A DNA stretch of 47,598 nt from Octopus bimaculoides. Taxonomy: Eukaryota. The translations under genes were made by a program, and so were the position numbers. Positions within the stretch are counted from its first letter, which is position 1. Each line of letters starts with the position of its first letter. The stretch lies in assembly GCF_001194135.2 (NCBI RefSeq), contig NC_068981.1, positions 9,382,516 through 9,430,113 of the forward strand, read 5' to 3'. A model generated the notes under the pieces. That model saw only the letters and a program-made list of their open reading frames with translations. It was not told the origin of the DNA and ran no database searches. Below, one piece after another: positions 1-12,280 of the stretch.

Positions 1-509
1 AAAAAAAAAAAAAAAAAAAAAAAAAATGAAAGATAATTTATTTACTACATGTTTAGCTAATTTTCACATCATTCTCTCAAGAAAAAGGGTTCCCGACAAA
101 TGTAAAGTGTTGTTGCCACCATTGTTATTGTGATCATCATTTTTGTCTGTTGTTTGTCTGCTACACGGATTGGATGAGGTTGCTTGCAACAGTATTCTGC
201 ATTCTGTGTTGCCTTTCCAGATATCAACCCCTCTTTTCAATTAAGCTATTTAAAACACAGATTATTCCAGGTCTTCACACGTCAAACGACCCTATGCTGC
301 TGGATATCTACTTCTCATGGGTTCTGTGCTTATTATAGCCCAAATCAGTTCTCAACAGGAGGAGTATGTCTCACTTATGTCCTTTTTGGGGTTTGGTTTC
401 AACAGCTGCCCTTCCTAACACTAACCATGTTAGAGTGTACTAGTCCTCTTTTTTTTTTTGTTTTTTTACATGTCATGAGCACTGTTGGGGTTGTTTGCCT
501 TGTAACTTG

Positions 510-1060
510 CAAAGCAAAAGAGAACATCCATGATTGATGGAACGAATTTGTTGTAAGAGGATGGCAATGGAGGATAAGAGTAATATCAGGGTTTTGTGTG
601 AAAAGGATGGACAAAGGGGTAATGGGGTGGGGGTGAGGGGGGTAAGGTTGAGTAGGTGGAGCCAGTGATGGGCTGGTCAGTTTGCCTGCCATACCAGCAT
701 GTGCTGGCTGTTTGTCAGGGTCCAAAAAGTTCTTATTGGTTAGACAATTTTATTGTTGAAAGTAGGAAAGACAATAACAGAGACAATGTTAGGGAAAGGG
801 GTTAAAAAAAAGGGAAAGTGAAAACATGAGAGAGAAGATAGGGGTAGGGACGAACAGGAGGAAAAGGAGTGTTACCCCCATGTTATACATGGGTGGGTAG
901 AATGGTGTGTGGGCAGGAGGAGAGATAAGATGATGATAAGGAGCCAGGGAATATCCAAAGTAACATGTCCAAGAGATTGTGAAGACAGGTGAATCAGGGA
1001 GGATGGGTAAAGGTTGATCCCCAGGTAACATCACTGGTATCCAGGTACAAACAAGATCAT
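510..1060. repeat. Purine-rich low-complexity tract, possibly part of a dispersed repeat
   Basis: GA-rich tract similar in character to 3860-4370; homology not aligned. Confidence 0.4.
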
Positions 1061-1131
1061 GTATGAAAAAACACTACTAAATAATATTAGGCATTGTAAA
1101 AAGAAAAAAAAAAAGAAAACAAAACAAACAA

Positions 1132-1215
1132 AAAATATCAACTGATGGGACATAAAACCACATATTTAATCACTTGCTGTTGATATGTGGTTTATGTCCC
1201 CCCAGTTAATATTTT
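1132..1215 (-). ncRNA. Intronic ~33-bp-stem hairpin (pre-miRNA-like, or MITE remnant)
   Basis: Arms 1132-1165 and 1183-1215 are reverse complements with 3 substitutions and a 1-nt indel; 17-nt loop. Confidence 0.35.
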
Positions 1216-1749
1216 CTGGGACTTATAATGTCTATAAGATCTCTTGAGTCAATAAAATATTGGTTTGCTATTCCTGATACTGTAGAATTTGCTCAGCTGT
1301 AGGTTTAAGTAAAAAGAGGTAAAAAGAAAGAAATACTTGAATTTAACTGATTTTACTAATTTACAGAACTAAAATAATTTTTAAAACAAAAATTGTACTA
1401 ATTTTGATGTAATGCACAAAACCTACAGATTCCTTTATGGACAATTCACAACTCTTTTATGTAGTAAGTATGGAGTGGGAATTCTTAAATATTTGATAGA
1501 ACCATCAGTTTGCTTATTCAAGTACAATCTCCACTGAACTATTTCATCTTCAAAACAACTCAAAATGCTAACAAGTCTTTCAAATTTAACCAAATACAAA
1601 TCTCTTATATATTCTCCTCCTATAACATAAACATATTGACAATTTCATTTACTTTTGTTGTACTTAACCATTATGTAGCAGAAGCAGTTCTTTCTTTGAA
1701 ATGGCTAAATAAAATTCGTCTTAAAATGAGAAACAAAGTGCCAACTTAC

Positions 1750-1926
1750 TCCATGCCTTGTGAAGTTTGACGACCTATTTCAACTAGCTGAGACATATCA
1801 TACTTGGTTTCTTCTACATGCAAACGTTTGTAAAGACTTGACCCTTCACACCACTGAGTGACAATCTGAAGCTGAGGTTCAATGGTATAACCCATAAATA
1901 ATAAGATGTTTAAGTGTCGAGTTTTC
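1750..1926 (-). CDS. Raf: Raf kinase exon (equivalent to BRAF exon 13): (K)[58 protein letters not shown](E/D)
   Basis: ttttcag acceptor at 1927-1929 and GA|gtaagt donor at 1749; 177 bp, phase 2 to 2, same size and phases as human BRAF exon 13; gatekeeper VTQW present. Confidence 0.97.
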
Positions 1927-2042
1927 CTGAAAAGAGAGAAAGAAAACAATGTAAAATAATATATCAGTCTTACGGAATAGCATGTTTTAAAGACATTTCT
2001 TGTTAGAGTTGATGAAAAAGATTAGGAAAAAGATTTGAATGT

Positions 2043-2258
2043 ATCATCATCATCATCATCATCATCATCGTTTAACGTCTGCTTTCCATGCTGGCATGGG
2101 TTGGATGGTTTGACTGAAGACTGGTAAGCCAGGAGGCTGCACCAGGCTCCAATCTGATCTGGCAATGTTTCTACAGCTGGATGCCTCTCCTAACACCAGC
2201 CACTCCAAGAACGTAGTGAGTGCTTTTTACATGCCACCGGCACAGGGGCCAGTCAGGC
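2043..2258 (-). mobile_element. SINE-like repeat with (GAT)n tail (abundant family; RTE-like 3' tail inferred)
   Basis: (CAT)n-cgtttaacgtctgctttccatgctggcatgggttgga...ctggatgcc; related sequence recurs many times in the window. Confidence 0.85.
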
Positions 2259-2354
2259 AGCTCCTGCATTAGAAAATATGAAGAACATGTATCAAAAGTA
2301 ACTATCTTTCCAGTACATTTCTTGCCGGAAGAATGTGAAAGGTTTATGAAGGCA

Positions 2355-2399
2355 GTCCAACTCATGCCAGCATGGAAAACAAATGTTGAATGATGATGA
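2355..2399 (+). mobile_element. SINE 3'-tail fragment, inverted relative to the 2043 copy
   Basis: ccaactcatgccagcatggaaaac...gatgatga. Confidence 0.7.
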
Positions 2400-2704
2400 A
2401 TAAAGATTCATGGACTGTAAAACAGCTAACAATTTGAAACTTGTTCTACTGCAGGCAAGAGGAAGACAGTTTAGATCTTATGCAAAGGCAAGCTATGCTT
2501 TGCTGGTATAAGTAATGTAAAGAATGACAGCTCAGTTTCCTTGTTGAACCTACCTGAAATAAACTAGTCTTATTTAATTGAGAATTTCATCACAAATCCT
2601 GTTATTTTGAAGTTTCGCTAGATAAACAATTGACAAACAATTCTTAACATCAAATTTATTTTGTTCAACTTTCAAAATATTTTTTTCACTTCACAACTAT
2701 TAGC

Positions 2705-2970
2705 CAAGGGAGTAGCAGAAAAGAAGTTTGCCAATGTTCAGCAACGTGCGGACCAAAGAACTGAAGTATTTCGGATTAAAAGACAGTGTGTGAGAGAAAA
2801 CCGTGATGTCATAGGACAGAAATGTATCCGCATGGATTGGTGCCCCTGCGTTTAATGATTCTGCAAAGAAAGAGGCTTGGAGATGCCATTATGAAAGACT
2901 GCTGAATCTGGAGAATGAATGGGAGGAGGAGAGTCTGCCAAAGGTTGACCTAATTGAGGGACCAGCTATC
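2705..2970 (+). mobile_element. RTE-clade LINE ORF2 fragment (pre-RT linker)
   Basis: Frameshifted EVFRIKRQCVRENRDVIGQKCIR / KKEAWRCHYERLLNLENEW..PKVDLIEGPAI; homologous to 45593-45907. Confidence 0.8.
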
Positions 2971-3007
2971 TGAATCAACAGCACCCAGGGAGATAAAGCA
3001 GATTTTG

Positions 3008-3073
3008 GTCAAACCATCCAACCCATGCCAGCATGGAAAACGGACGTTAAATGATGATGATGATGATGATGAT
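3008..3073 (+). mobile_element. SINE 3'-tail fragment with (GAT)n
   Basis: gtcaaaccatccaacccatgccagcatggaaaacggacgttaaa(tga)n. Confidence 0.85.
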
Positions 3074-3859
3074 ATCTTTTTTTACAAAAGAATAAAAAAG
3101 AAAAAAGTTTCACATTCACAGATTATGATTCAGAATTTAAAAGATTTTTCAGAAGATGAAACAGCAGAATAAACTATGCAACCAGCTGAAAACACATGCT
3201 TGATGAACAATTAGTGATATTGAGTTCTGAAAGTGATGAGAGCAGAAAGAGAAAGTGAGAAGGATTTAAAAACTACTTTGCTTCAACCTATTCGCAGTCT
3301 TTCCAATGAGTTGAACCACCGACTATTTCTCTTCATTTTTATGAATGAAACATTCCAAACAATAAACTGCAGAAATTTAAGTCATTCAGAATGTAAAGAG
3401 AAAGAAAGTCTGTGCTATGGTAATATGCCTGGAGGAAATTCAGGCACTTTTTGCTCTTAACATGGATTATGGCTAACTAGGACAAACCTTTTTTTTAACA
3501 ACCTGTAGGTATCAGGTTTAATGAACAAACATGCTCTTTGAAGTGATGCTAGTACTTGCATATATGAGACACTAGCAGTATGTGAAGATGATTATGATCC
3601 CTTATTTAAAATAAGACCCCACCAGGGCTGCCTGCTTTCACATGGCTTCTATGGCGGAATACCTTTCGTAACATCAACTACTTTACAGTGTGTATTGGGT
3701 GCCTTTTCTTTTGTGTGCAATTGGTACCAGTGAGGTTGACAAGTAACTTGCAAGACCAAAGAGAAGAGGAAAAAGAAAGTTTTAAAAAACCCCCAAAAAA
3801 CATTACTACTAAGCAGAGGGAGTAGGAGGTGGAGAAGTGGCTTCATGTCAGGTGTTGAA

Positions 3860-4370
3860 AGTCTACAGTACATTGGAGGGACAAGCACAAGTGTCCTGTT
3901 ATAGAAGAGAGGTATTATATAAGGGTGGGTGGTAGTGGCTGAGAAGAAAATAAAGATGGTGGCGATGAGGTGCTAGAGCAAAGCCTCAAGGTACAAGAAA
4001 GGATCAGGAAGAGGGAAGGAGATGGTGTGCAGTTTCATAAGAATGTAAGGAGAAAGAGTAACAGATGGTTAGAGATGGGGGTAGGTGTGAAAATAGAGGG
4101 AGGGTGGAGGGGTGGTTGATTGGAAAAAACAGTATGGAGAGAGATTAAGGTGAAAAAGAGAGAGAGAGATACAAGTGGCTTGAGAAGGAGGGCAGGGGAA
4201 ATGGTATGGGGGTACATAAGGAATTCAGTGAAAGAGGATGTTGAGAATAGCAGTTATGTGAGGTATTAAGATGTAGTATGGCAGAGAGAGAAATGACTGA
4301 AGGCAGAGGAAGGTGAGGGGGTGGGGGTAAAGAGAATCAGGGATGGAATATTCTACAGGTGAAAAAGAAA
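3860..4370 (+). repeat. Purine-rich dispersed repeat
   Basis: Segments such as agaaatgactgaaggcag and tatagaagag recur inverted at 35830-36400. Confidence 0.6.
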
Positions 4371-4429
4371 GAGAAGATAAAGAAACCTGGGTCATAAGAA
4401 ATATAAAATCAAACCTAAAGCCATAAAAA

Positions 4430-5200
4430 CTGCCTCTGTGTGTTGCAAACTAGTGCCACACCTTTAAAAAAGAGGGTTCCTTCATGGGAAACAGAGTGAG
4501 GATAAGTGAAACACAGAATGAACAATTCAAAAATGTCTTCACCTCAACCTTCTGGCACATGCAAGTCAACAAGCCTCTAGAATTCTTTACCACTACAAAT
4601 GTGAAAAGAGAGGCAGTAACAACTGATTACAACAACATCAAAGATGATGTAGATGCAAACTCAGCCCCAATGAATTCCCAGCAATCCTCCTCAAGTCATG
4701 CAACTGAGTCCTTGCAAAACCACTGCAGCTTCTTTTTCAAAGCTTCCTTGCAAATGGTAAGCTCCTGGACAAACTGAAAGAGGGAACAATATATCCTATT
4801 CACAAAGGAGGAAGCAGAGTAAATGTCAAAAACTCTAGGCTTATTTCTCTGACGTCACACATCAGCATATCTCGGAATGAATAGTCTGAAGGAAACTAAT
4901 TGCATTTCTTGAAGAGAATGACTTGCTGACAACCAGCATGGCTTTCAACCAGGTAGAAGCTGTCTGACACACCTCTTGCTGTACTATGACTGGGTATTAA
5001 AGCAGCTGTTCAACAACTCAAATCTGGACATGATATATCTTGACTTTGCAAAAGCCTATAACAAAGTCGACCATGGTATGATATGTCACAAGTCATGTAA
5101 TCTTGGCATAGTTGGAGAACTTGGAGAATGGCTAAATGACTTTCTAAAAGATAGAAGTCAGGTAGTGCTGGCTAATGGGGCTATCTCCAAGGAAATGTAA
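4430..5200 (+). mobile_element. CR1/L2-like LINE reverse-transcriptase fragment
   Basis: EFPAILLK..LAKPLQLLF..IYPIHKGGSR..LISLTSH and DMIYLDFAKAYNKVDHG..WLNDFLKDRSQVV, with stops and frameshifts. Confidence 0.88.
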
Positions 5201-5439
5201 ATAATGAGCAGTAATAATAAATCGCTAGGTGCATGGTGAGCAGGGAGAATTGAAATGATGACACAAAATTGAGCATTCACTTGAAAATTCAGTAATGCAC
5301 ACAATTCTATCTTACAATTTTGCTGTATATCCAGTAACTCAGTGAAGGGAGAAATTAGATGTGTGGTGAGAGGTGTGTTTATAATGATAATGGTTCACTT
5401 GTTTTTACAGATGCCAAAGAGAATGAGGAAGGGAATGCA

Positions 5440-6880
5440 ATTTTGAAATGATGCGAAATGATGCTGGATTGCATGGGAGAGAGAAAGACCACATCCTGTA
5501 ACCCAGCAGAGGGTAAGCTATACAGTTGAAATGGCTATTAAAGAGATATGAAGACAGGGGAAAACAGCTGGCTTGTCAGCAGGGTAGGCCCATGTGCTGG
5601 TGACTTGCATAGTTAATTAAGTAGTGCAGGGAGGAGTGCTTTATCCAATGACTGTCAGAATAGTATCAACAGCTGTTACAATGGCAAAGGAGACGCTTCA
5701 GGGAAAAAAAAAGGCAACTATAGATGTATTAAACAGATGGACGAGATTATGGCAATAGCAGAAAGAGTTATAGCACAATGGATTAAGAAAATTGGCTTTG
5801 ATGAGAAGCAAGACAGTTAAGTGTTTGTACAGGATATCACTAATGCCCTCTTCCTGGTGAGACAAGTGACATTTTCAGCAAAAAGTAAGCCAGTACCTAG
5901 CATCCATTGACCAGGAGAAGGCCTTTAACAAAATATCAGACTCTGTAATGTGGTGTTTGCTAAGAAAACTACATGTAGATGAATGGTTTATGAGAGTTAT
6001 GTACAAAGATGCTGTCATTAATGAGATCAGTGGTGAATTTTGCATGCAAGGTGTATATCATGGCTCAGTTCTAAACTTGCTGCTATTTATGATAGTTCTT
6101 TCAGGCCATTATAGAAGAGTTAATGACAGACTGCCTGTACCAATGACTTCGTTCTCATAACTAAGAGTTATGTTGGAGCATGAGAGAAGAGATTTCAAAA
6201 TGGAAGTAAGTCCAGAAACAAGGTATTTTAGAGTAAACCAAGGACAAACGTTTTAGCAGCAAAGAAAACAGGAGCCTAGTGCTATTTAGAAAGTGACCAT
6301 ATTCCACATGTAGAAAAGAGTAGGTCAGAATGCTATACAGTGTATCCAATGTAAACAAAGAGTGAATAAGAGATGCAGGGGTACCACAGGCAGGCTGACA
6401 TAGGAGAACGACTTCATATGTAGTAGATGCACAAGAGTAGAAAGCGCTGAAAACACCTTTGAATTGAATTCTTTTTAAAGTCCAGAACGTTTCCTCAAAG
6501 TATTTGATAGCTGCTGTTATATAGGAGTCACAATTAAAAGAGGTGGGAGATGGAATAAGGTTGTAATGGAAAAAGTTCAAGGAACTATCAGCCTGGTGAC
6601 AGCCAAGAGATTCGTGTCTTCAAGAGAATGGCAGACTGTATGTGCTTGGTAACAAAGCATAATGAATGAGAGAGAAGTGTGACAGTTGGAAAGAAATGAG
6701 TTGAACATGCTCTACTGGATTTGAAGTGGTAATGAACAACAAAGCACAAATAAACAGAGAGAAAAATACTGAGTAGAAGAGATTTTAATGTACAAGCAAG
6801 ATGATTGCATTCACTGATCTCTGCATGTGATGATGTGTATAAAATAATTGTCAAGTGATCGAAGTGAAAGGAATCTGTGG
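5440..6880 (+). mobile_element. Heavily degraded RTE LINE ORF2 (RT to C-terminus)
   Basis: Remnants TNALFLVRQ, LRKLHVDEWFMRVMYKDAV, GVYHGSVLNLLLFMIVL. Confidence 0.7.
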
Positions 6881-7043
6881 AATAGCTGTGTGTGTGTGTG
6901 TGTGTGTGGAAAGAGAGATTTACATATATACAAAGCAATATATGATATGAGAAAATATAGAAATAAACATAAAGATCACACTAAAAACTAAAATGAATAA
7001 AACTCTCCCAACTTAAGACTGAGGGAAGAAAGAAGATATGTAC

Positions 7044-7240
7044 TTTAAGACAGCAACTTCATTTTTGAAAGCTTCTAATTGCGCAGGTGTTGGATGAACT
7101 ACATTCAGCTTTTTCACAGCAACAGGCCCATGCCAGTGACCACAAAATACTGTTCCAAACGATCCTGAACCAATTCGACGAATTAATATAATTTCTTTGT
7201 CAGGAAGTTCCCATTCTTCATTTGAATCTCGTCGTAGTCG
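7044..7240 (-). CDS. Raf: Raf exon: N-region, P-loop, beta3 lysine, alphaC ([66 protein letters not shown])
   Basis: ctatag acceptor and AA|gtacat donor; 197 bp, phase 0 to 2; GSGSFG, VAVK and FKNEV motifs. Confidence 0.97.
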
Positions 7241-7366
7241 CTATAGATTAGAAAATAAGACAAAATATGTAAAGATTAAATAAACAATATGAGGCTTTGG
7301 TAATAGCAGCTTGTTTATAAAACTATTTTATAAATGGATTTCAAACAGATGTCATAAATTATCTAC

Positions 7367-7527
7367 CACATGTTGTCCTAGCTCTGATTCTACTGATTTT
7401 GCACGTGGCCGCATTTGTTCAGATTGGTTGGTAGGTGAACCCCTTGCACTGTGGATTTTAGTTGGACTATTTCCCTGACTGTGGCTTGAACCAGAGTTAG
7501 GTGGAGCCAAACAATTAGTGTTGTGAC
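7367..7527 (-). CDS. Raf: Raf hinge exon (equivalent to BRAF exon 10): HNTNCLAPPNSGSSHSQGNSPTKIHSARGSPTNQSEQMRPRAKSVESELGQHV
   Basis: tctcttcag acceptor and GTG|gtagat donor (an in-frame alternative GT lies 3 nt upstream); 161 bp, phase 1 to 0; RPRAKS basophilic motif like invertebrate Rafs; 126-bp intron to the next exon. Confidence 0.88.
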
Positions 7528-8249
7528 CTGAAGAGAAAATAAATATTTGAAAATCAGTATTAAAATTATATCAAGAGAGCTATCCTTAACAAAAAAACAA
7601 AACAAACAAACCAAACTGCACACACACACACACACACCAAATTATCATAAAATATTACAAACATTTGCCATAGAAATAGTAGAGGAGTGAGGTGACACAT
7701 TCTGAGTAATTAGTTACTTGATCAAAGGAGAATTAGTGTCAGTTTTGAAATGAATATATTTCTAGAGAAAACTATTTTAAGCATTCCAGAATTCCCCAAA
7801 TATATTTTGTTATAAAATAAATTGCTTGTTTTTAATTTTTTTTTTTTACCTCAGAAAAGTTTTCACACAAAGCTTTACGCATAATGCAATAAAGTGTTCC
7901 TTTGACAATCCATTATGGTTAAGCATCCAACTGCACTAGGGGAACATTCACTGCAGAGTTCCAATGAAACATGTGTAGGAACAAATGACATCAACTTGTG
8001 TTTATTGTAATTTCTGCTACATTTGCTCTGTATATCCTAACTAGTAGCACTTCTAAGTCTAGTAGTAGTAGCTAAACCACGATACTGGAAGCAGACTGGA
8101 TGATGATTATCTACTTGGGAACTCAGCAGTAGCTGTCATACATCTCTTTGTACACCCAAGCTCACAAGATATTCTATATCCATATCTATATATATATATA
8201 ATGAATCATGGATGTGTGTGTGTGTGTGTGTGATCTATCTCAAAGTAAC

Positions 8250-8640
8250 TTTTGAAGATCTTTTATAGATTTGATTGGACTTCTAGCTTCTTGGCTACCT
8301 TTATTGGTGAAAATTCTCAACCATACAAAACCACAAGCAAGACTATCACCCCAAAAGCTGGACATTGTTGTTGTTATTATTCAGGTCTGGTGCATAGGCT
8401 GCAATGTGGCCCCTGCTTTATCAATTCCATTGTTTACATCACTTTCTATGCGTCCATCACTGCTGATCACACTTCCTGGGTAGAAGAAATTGCCCAGGTC
8501 TTCTACAACTTGTTTGCTGTTTACAGATGAGGAAATCCTCCTACGGAGCAAGTTCCTATCATTGCATCACATCACAGAGCCATGTCAGTTACACTTGGCC
8601 GGTCACATTTTGCACCTGCCTACCACCTGACACACAAAAA
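8250..8640 (-). mobile_element. RTE/BovB-like LINE C-terminal fragment
   Basis: Minus-strand VVEDLGNFFYPGSVISSDGRIESDVNNGIDKAGA...VVLYG, resembling the F.YLGS.IS.DG..EI..RI.KA motif. Confidence 0.7.
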
Positions 8641-8733
8641 CAGCAATGACAGGGAAAACGGCAGATCAATCCTTCTCGAGAAAGCTTGCTGCCTTTGTGT
8701 GCCTCACAACATGGGATAACCTAAGTCTAAGTA

Positions 8734-8786
<53 letters not shown>

Positions 8787-8789
8787 TAT

Positions 8790-9150
8790 ACATATCATCA
8801 ATATTGTTTAACGTTCACTTTTGCTTGCATGAATCAGACAGAATTTGTTGAGTCAACTTTTCTCTGGCTGAATGTCCTTTCTGTTCCCAACCCCCCTCAC
8901 CTGTTCCCAAGTGGGGTAATATTCTCCAATGACCTGATGGAAACGAACAATATCAATTGTATGATGGTGAGGCTCTTTTACAACCATAATGTCATACCAC
9001 GACAAGAGCACACACACACACAATTTCCATCTAACAAGGCTTTGGGTGGCCTGGGGTTATTGTAGAAGACACTTGCCCAAAGTCTTATGCAGTAAGACTG
9101 AACCGAGACTGTGATTAGGAAGTGAGCTTCTCAACCATACAGCCATACTT
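8790..9150 (-). mobile_element. tRNA-derived SINE (head with A/B-box-like motifs plus body)
   Basis: Minus strand gtatggctgtatggttgagaag...ggttcagtc...gggcaagtgtcttcta; related copies at 32930-33290 and 44950-45260. Confidence 0.75.
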
Positions 9151-10689
9151 ACACTTTATATATATAACACACACGTGTGTGTGTGTTATATGCACATATG
9201 TGTGTGTGTGTGTGTGTGTGAGTAATCAATTGGTGATGATTACTCCATTGTTGCTCAGAGTTTTATGTGTACTGATTAGTGAGATAAATATATATACTGT
9301 GAATTGCCATACATGTGTATGTGAGTCACATGAATGACTATAATTGTTTACAATCTGCTCTGAGCTACAGCTATAAACAGTGAAATCTCTGTTTTGTAAT
9401 TTAGCTGCAACTGATGATGTTTATTAACATTTCTTGCCAACAAATTATTAGTTTAGCTCTGTGTTTTCAAATTTCTCTGGAATAAGAAAAAAAAACTAAA
9501 AACAACCTCACTTGAAAAAATAAGGATTAATGGCAGGAAGAACATCCCAGTTGTAAAAATCCTGCCTTGAATCCTATGTTTAAGCTGTGGCTGGCATACA
9601 AAAACAAACAAATGAACAATACATACAGAAGACAATCATATATTGTCTGACTGATCACGTATCTGTTATGGATATGAAACTCCATTAACTGTACTCCATG
9701 TATTGTGTGTTTGTGTGAAACCCATGCAAGCATAGAAAAGTGAACATTTACAATGAGGATGATATACATATAAAGCAACACACACACACACACAAAACTA
9801 CAAAAAAAAAAAAAAAAAAAAAAAAAAAGAAAAAAACGTGTACAATAATTAATTTATAACTCTCTAGAATGAGGATAGTGATTCAGTAGGACAAACAATT
9901 CTTGGACATTTTACAACATTGAACTTTCATTTAAATAAAAAGAAAAAAGAAAAAGTCAATAAAATCCACTCAGGTTCAAGGTTAGTGAAATTATTAAACA
10001 ACAACAAACAACAATATATATTAAAGGGTTTGAACTGTTGTAAATTCATCTCCATTTCTAAAGTTGAACTAGAAGGATTTCAAATAATGATTAGCTGCTA
10101 AGTAAACACAAAAATTAGTGAAAACCAATTTACTTATTTAGCTGAGGACATGATAACCTTTTTCTGGTGCTAGGATAAAATAGATAAAATACATCCAATA
10201 CACATTAGGAACGGTATCTAGCTACAGAACAATTCCAAACATGGAACATATGAGTGAGAAGTAGTAGTCCTTAATCACTGAATTACACTGGATTGTAAAA
10301 TCCTATAAGATCTTACACTCATTATTCTCAGTGATGCCTCCTGGTTTATGTTTGGGCCATTTTTGTGTTCTTTCAGGACTGTACTTCTCACAAACTTCAG
10401 TGAACAAACTTAGCTCTGTTATCATGCATCTTTTGCATTCCTTTTGAGCCAGTTTGTTAGTCACTCGCAATATGGGAGATTGTTCTGTTTTTGCTGCCAA
10501 ACTGGGGCCATTAAAATATGTATCAGTTGAGTACTGGGTTCAATGTAATCGATTAGATCCAATCTTCAAAATTCCAGGCATTGTGCCTGTAGTAGAAATA
10601 ATTATTATCATTAATATAATACTATTCTGTATTAACAAGAACTTTTTATTCCTTCCTATGCATGCGCGCATGCATGTGTATGTGTTAGT

Positions 10690-10740
10690 GTAAGTGTGTG
10701 CTGTTGTGTGTGTGTCTGCTGTTGTGTGTGTGTGTGCTGT

Positions 10741-10787
<47 letters not shown>

Positions 10788-10790
10788 TAG
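10690..10790. repeat. Compound (TG)n/(GCTGTTGTGT)n/(TA)n microsatellite
   Basis: Direct reading. Confidence 0.9.
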
Positions 10791-10794
10791 ACCC

Positions 10795-11270
10795 AGGAAG
10801 ACATGGGACGAGGTGGTGAAGAATGATCTTTGAAACTCACAGAAGCAATGACTAGTGACTGAGACCTTTGGTGATGTGCTGTGCTTAAGAGGACCTGTCA
10901 AGACAAGTGAAGCCATGCTGGTGACATGTAACAAAATCGACCTTTGAATGCTGGGCCTGACGGAGGCAAAGTGGCTGAGTACCTTTCGAGTGTTGGGCCT
11001 CATGGAGGCAAAGTGGCTGGGCCCATCCGGCTGTTGGGCCTCACGAGGATGATGACAAAGACCTTTGGCATTATGTTGTGCTTGAGAAGAAGACCCATCA
11101 AGCCGAGCAAAATTGCAGTTGTGACAGATACTGGTGTCACACAAAAGCACCCATTACACTCTTGGAGTGGTTGTTGTTAGGAAGGGCATCCAGCCATAGA
11201 AAACCATGCCAAATCAGACTGGATCCCGGTGCATCCTTCCAGTGTGCCAGCCCAGTCAAACTATACATGT
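10795..11270 (+). mobile_element. RTE LINE 3' end joined to the SINE-like tail
   Basis: WDEVVKND..EAMTSD.DLW.CAV, followed by the ggaagggcatccagcc family sequence. Confidence 0.75.
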
Positions 11271-11339
11271 AACAAGCTGACCTGCCAACATCTGTTATTC
11301 CAGACTGAAGGAGATGGCTGTAACAGCACTATGCATATA

Positions 11340-11880
11340 CACCCGACAGAACACTGCTTGTCAGCTGACTAGTTTCTACACTAGAATTGGGATGCTTGCT
11401 ATGTAATAAAATTCTGTGCTAAACTGGGCAAAAATGCTACAGATACTTATGAAATGCTCCAAACTACTTCTGCATTAACTTGTATGAGCTGAGCATGTTT
11501 TCCACTGGTACAAACCCTGACCAGACAGTCAGCAAAGAGTACTTTGTGGAGGTTTTGAGGAAGTTCAGGAAGAGATCTCAACACAAAAGGACAGAGCTTT
11601 TTTCCATTTGGGTTGATGGCACTTGCACCAGCCCACAATTCCATCCTGGTAACCAATTACTCGACAGAGACGGGGCACCAAAACTGTCCCTCATCCTCCC
11701 CACAGTTCAGACTTTGTAGCCTGTGACTTTTTGTTGTTCTCTAAACTGATGGAAAACCTTAGGGACAATTGTTTTGGATATGAAGGAGGCTGTGGCGAGG
11801 GCCCTGGACACCTTCACTTTGGAGGATTTCCATGGGGCCTTCAATGAAGCAGCTGGAGCACTTCAACAAGGAGATTAGTT
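11340..11880 (+). mobile_element. Internally deleted mariner transposase remnant
   Basis: IKFCAKLGKNATDTYEML; QTVSKEYFVEVLRKFRKR; HPPHSSDFVACDFLLFSKL (degenerate YSPDLAP.D). Confidence 0.88.
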
Positions 11881-12004
11881 TTGTGTCTCCTTGTTTTGAT
11901 AGTTGTAAATGGTTTATAACAACCATACAAGCAATAACATTCATTTCCAATATACTGCAAGAGCATGTCTGGCCCTGGAAAACTATTACCTTGTGTGGAA
12001 GACA

Positions 12005-12115
12005 GGTGAGGGTTGGCAACAGGAAGGGCACCCATCTATAGAAAATAGGCTTTAATAAACCCCATCTGACCCATGCAAACATGGAAATGTGGACGTTAAA
12101 AATGATGATGATAAT
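12005..12115 (+). mobile_element. SINE fragment with (GAT)n tail
   Basis: ggttggcaacaggaagggca...catggaaatgtggacgttaaaaatgatgatg. Confidence 0.75.
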
Positions 12116-12139
12116 ATTGCTGTCTTTGCCTCCCCATCC

Positions 12140-12280
12140 ACTACTTGGCAACTGATGTTGGTTTGTTTACATCCTTGTAACCTTGTAACTTAGCAGTTTG
12201 GCAAAAGACACTGATAGAATAAGTACCAGACTTAAAAAAAAGGACTGAAGTTGACCGGTTCGACTAAAACCTCCAAGGTT
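12140..12280 (+). mobile_element. Fragment of a second SINE family
   Basis: ttggcaactgatgttggtttgtttac...gatagaataagtaccag...ttcgactaa, recognised from memory as an abundant octopus SINE body; a related piece lies near 10510-10560. Confidence 0.65.

Noticed and set aside
1-1749. Search for the next Raf exon (YLHAK..HRDLKSNN)
   Set aside because: Not found on the minus strand; it must lie outside the window.
7850-7970. Possible extra Raf exon ending CTGAG|gtaaaa
   Set aside because: The required phase-1 frame has a TGA directly before the donor.
10658-10675. Perfect 18-bp palindrome ATGCATGCGCGCATGCAT
   Set aside because: Adjoins a (TG)n microsatellite; such alternating purine-pyrimidine palindromes arise readily there.
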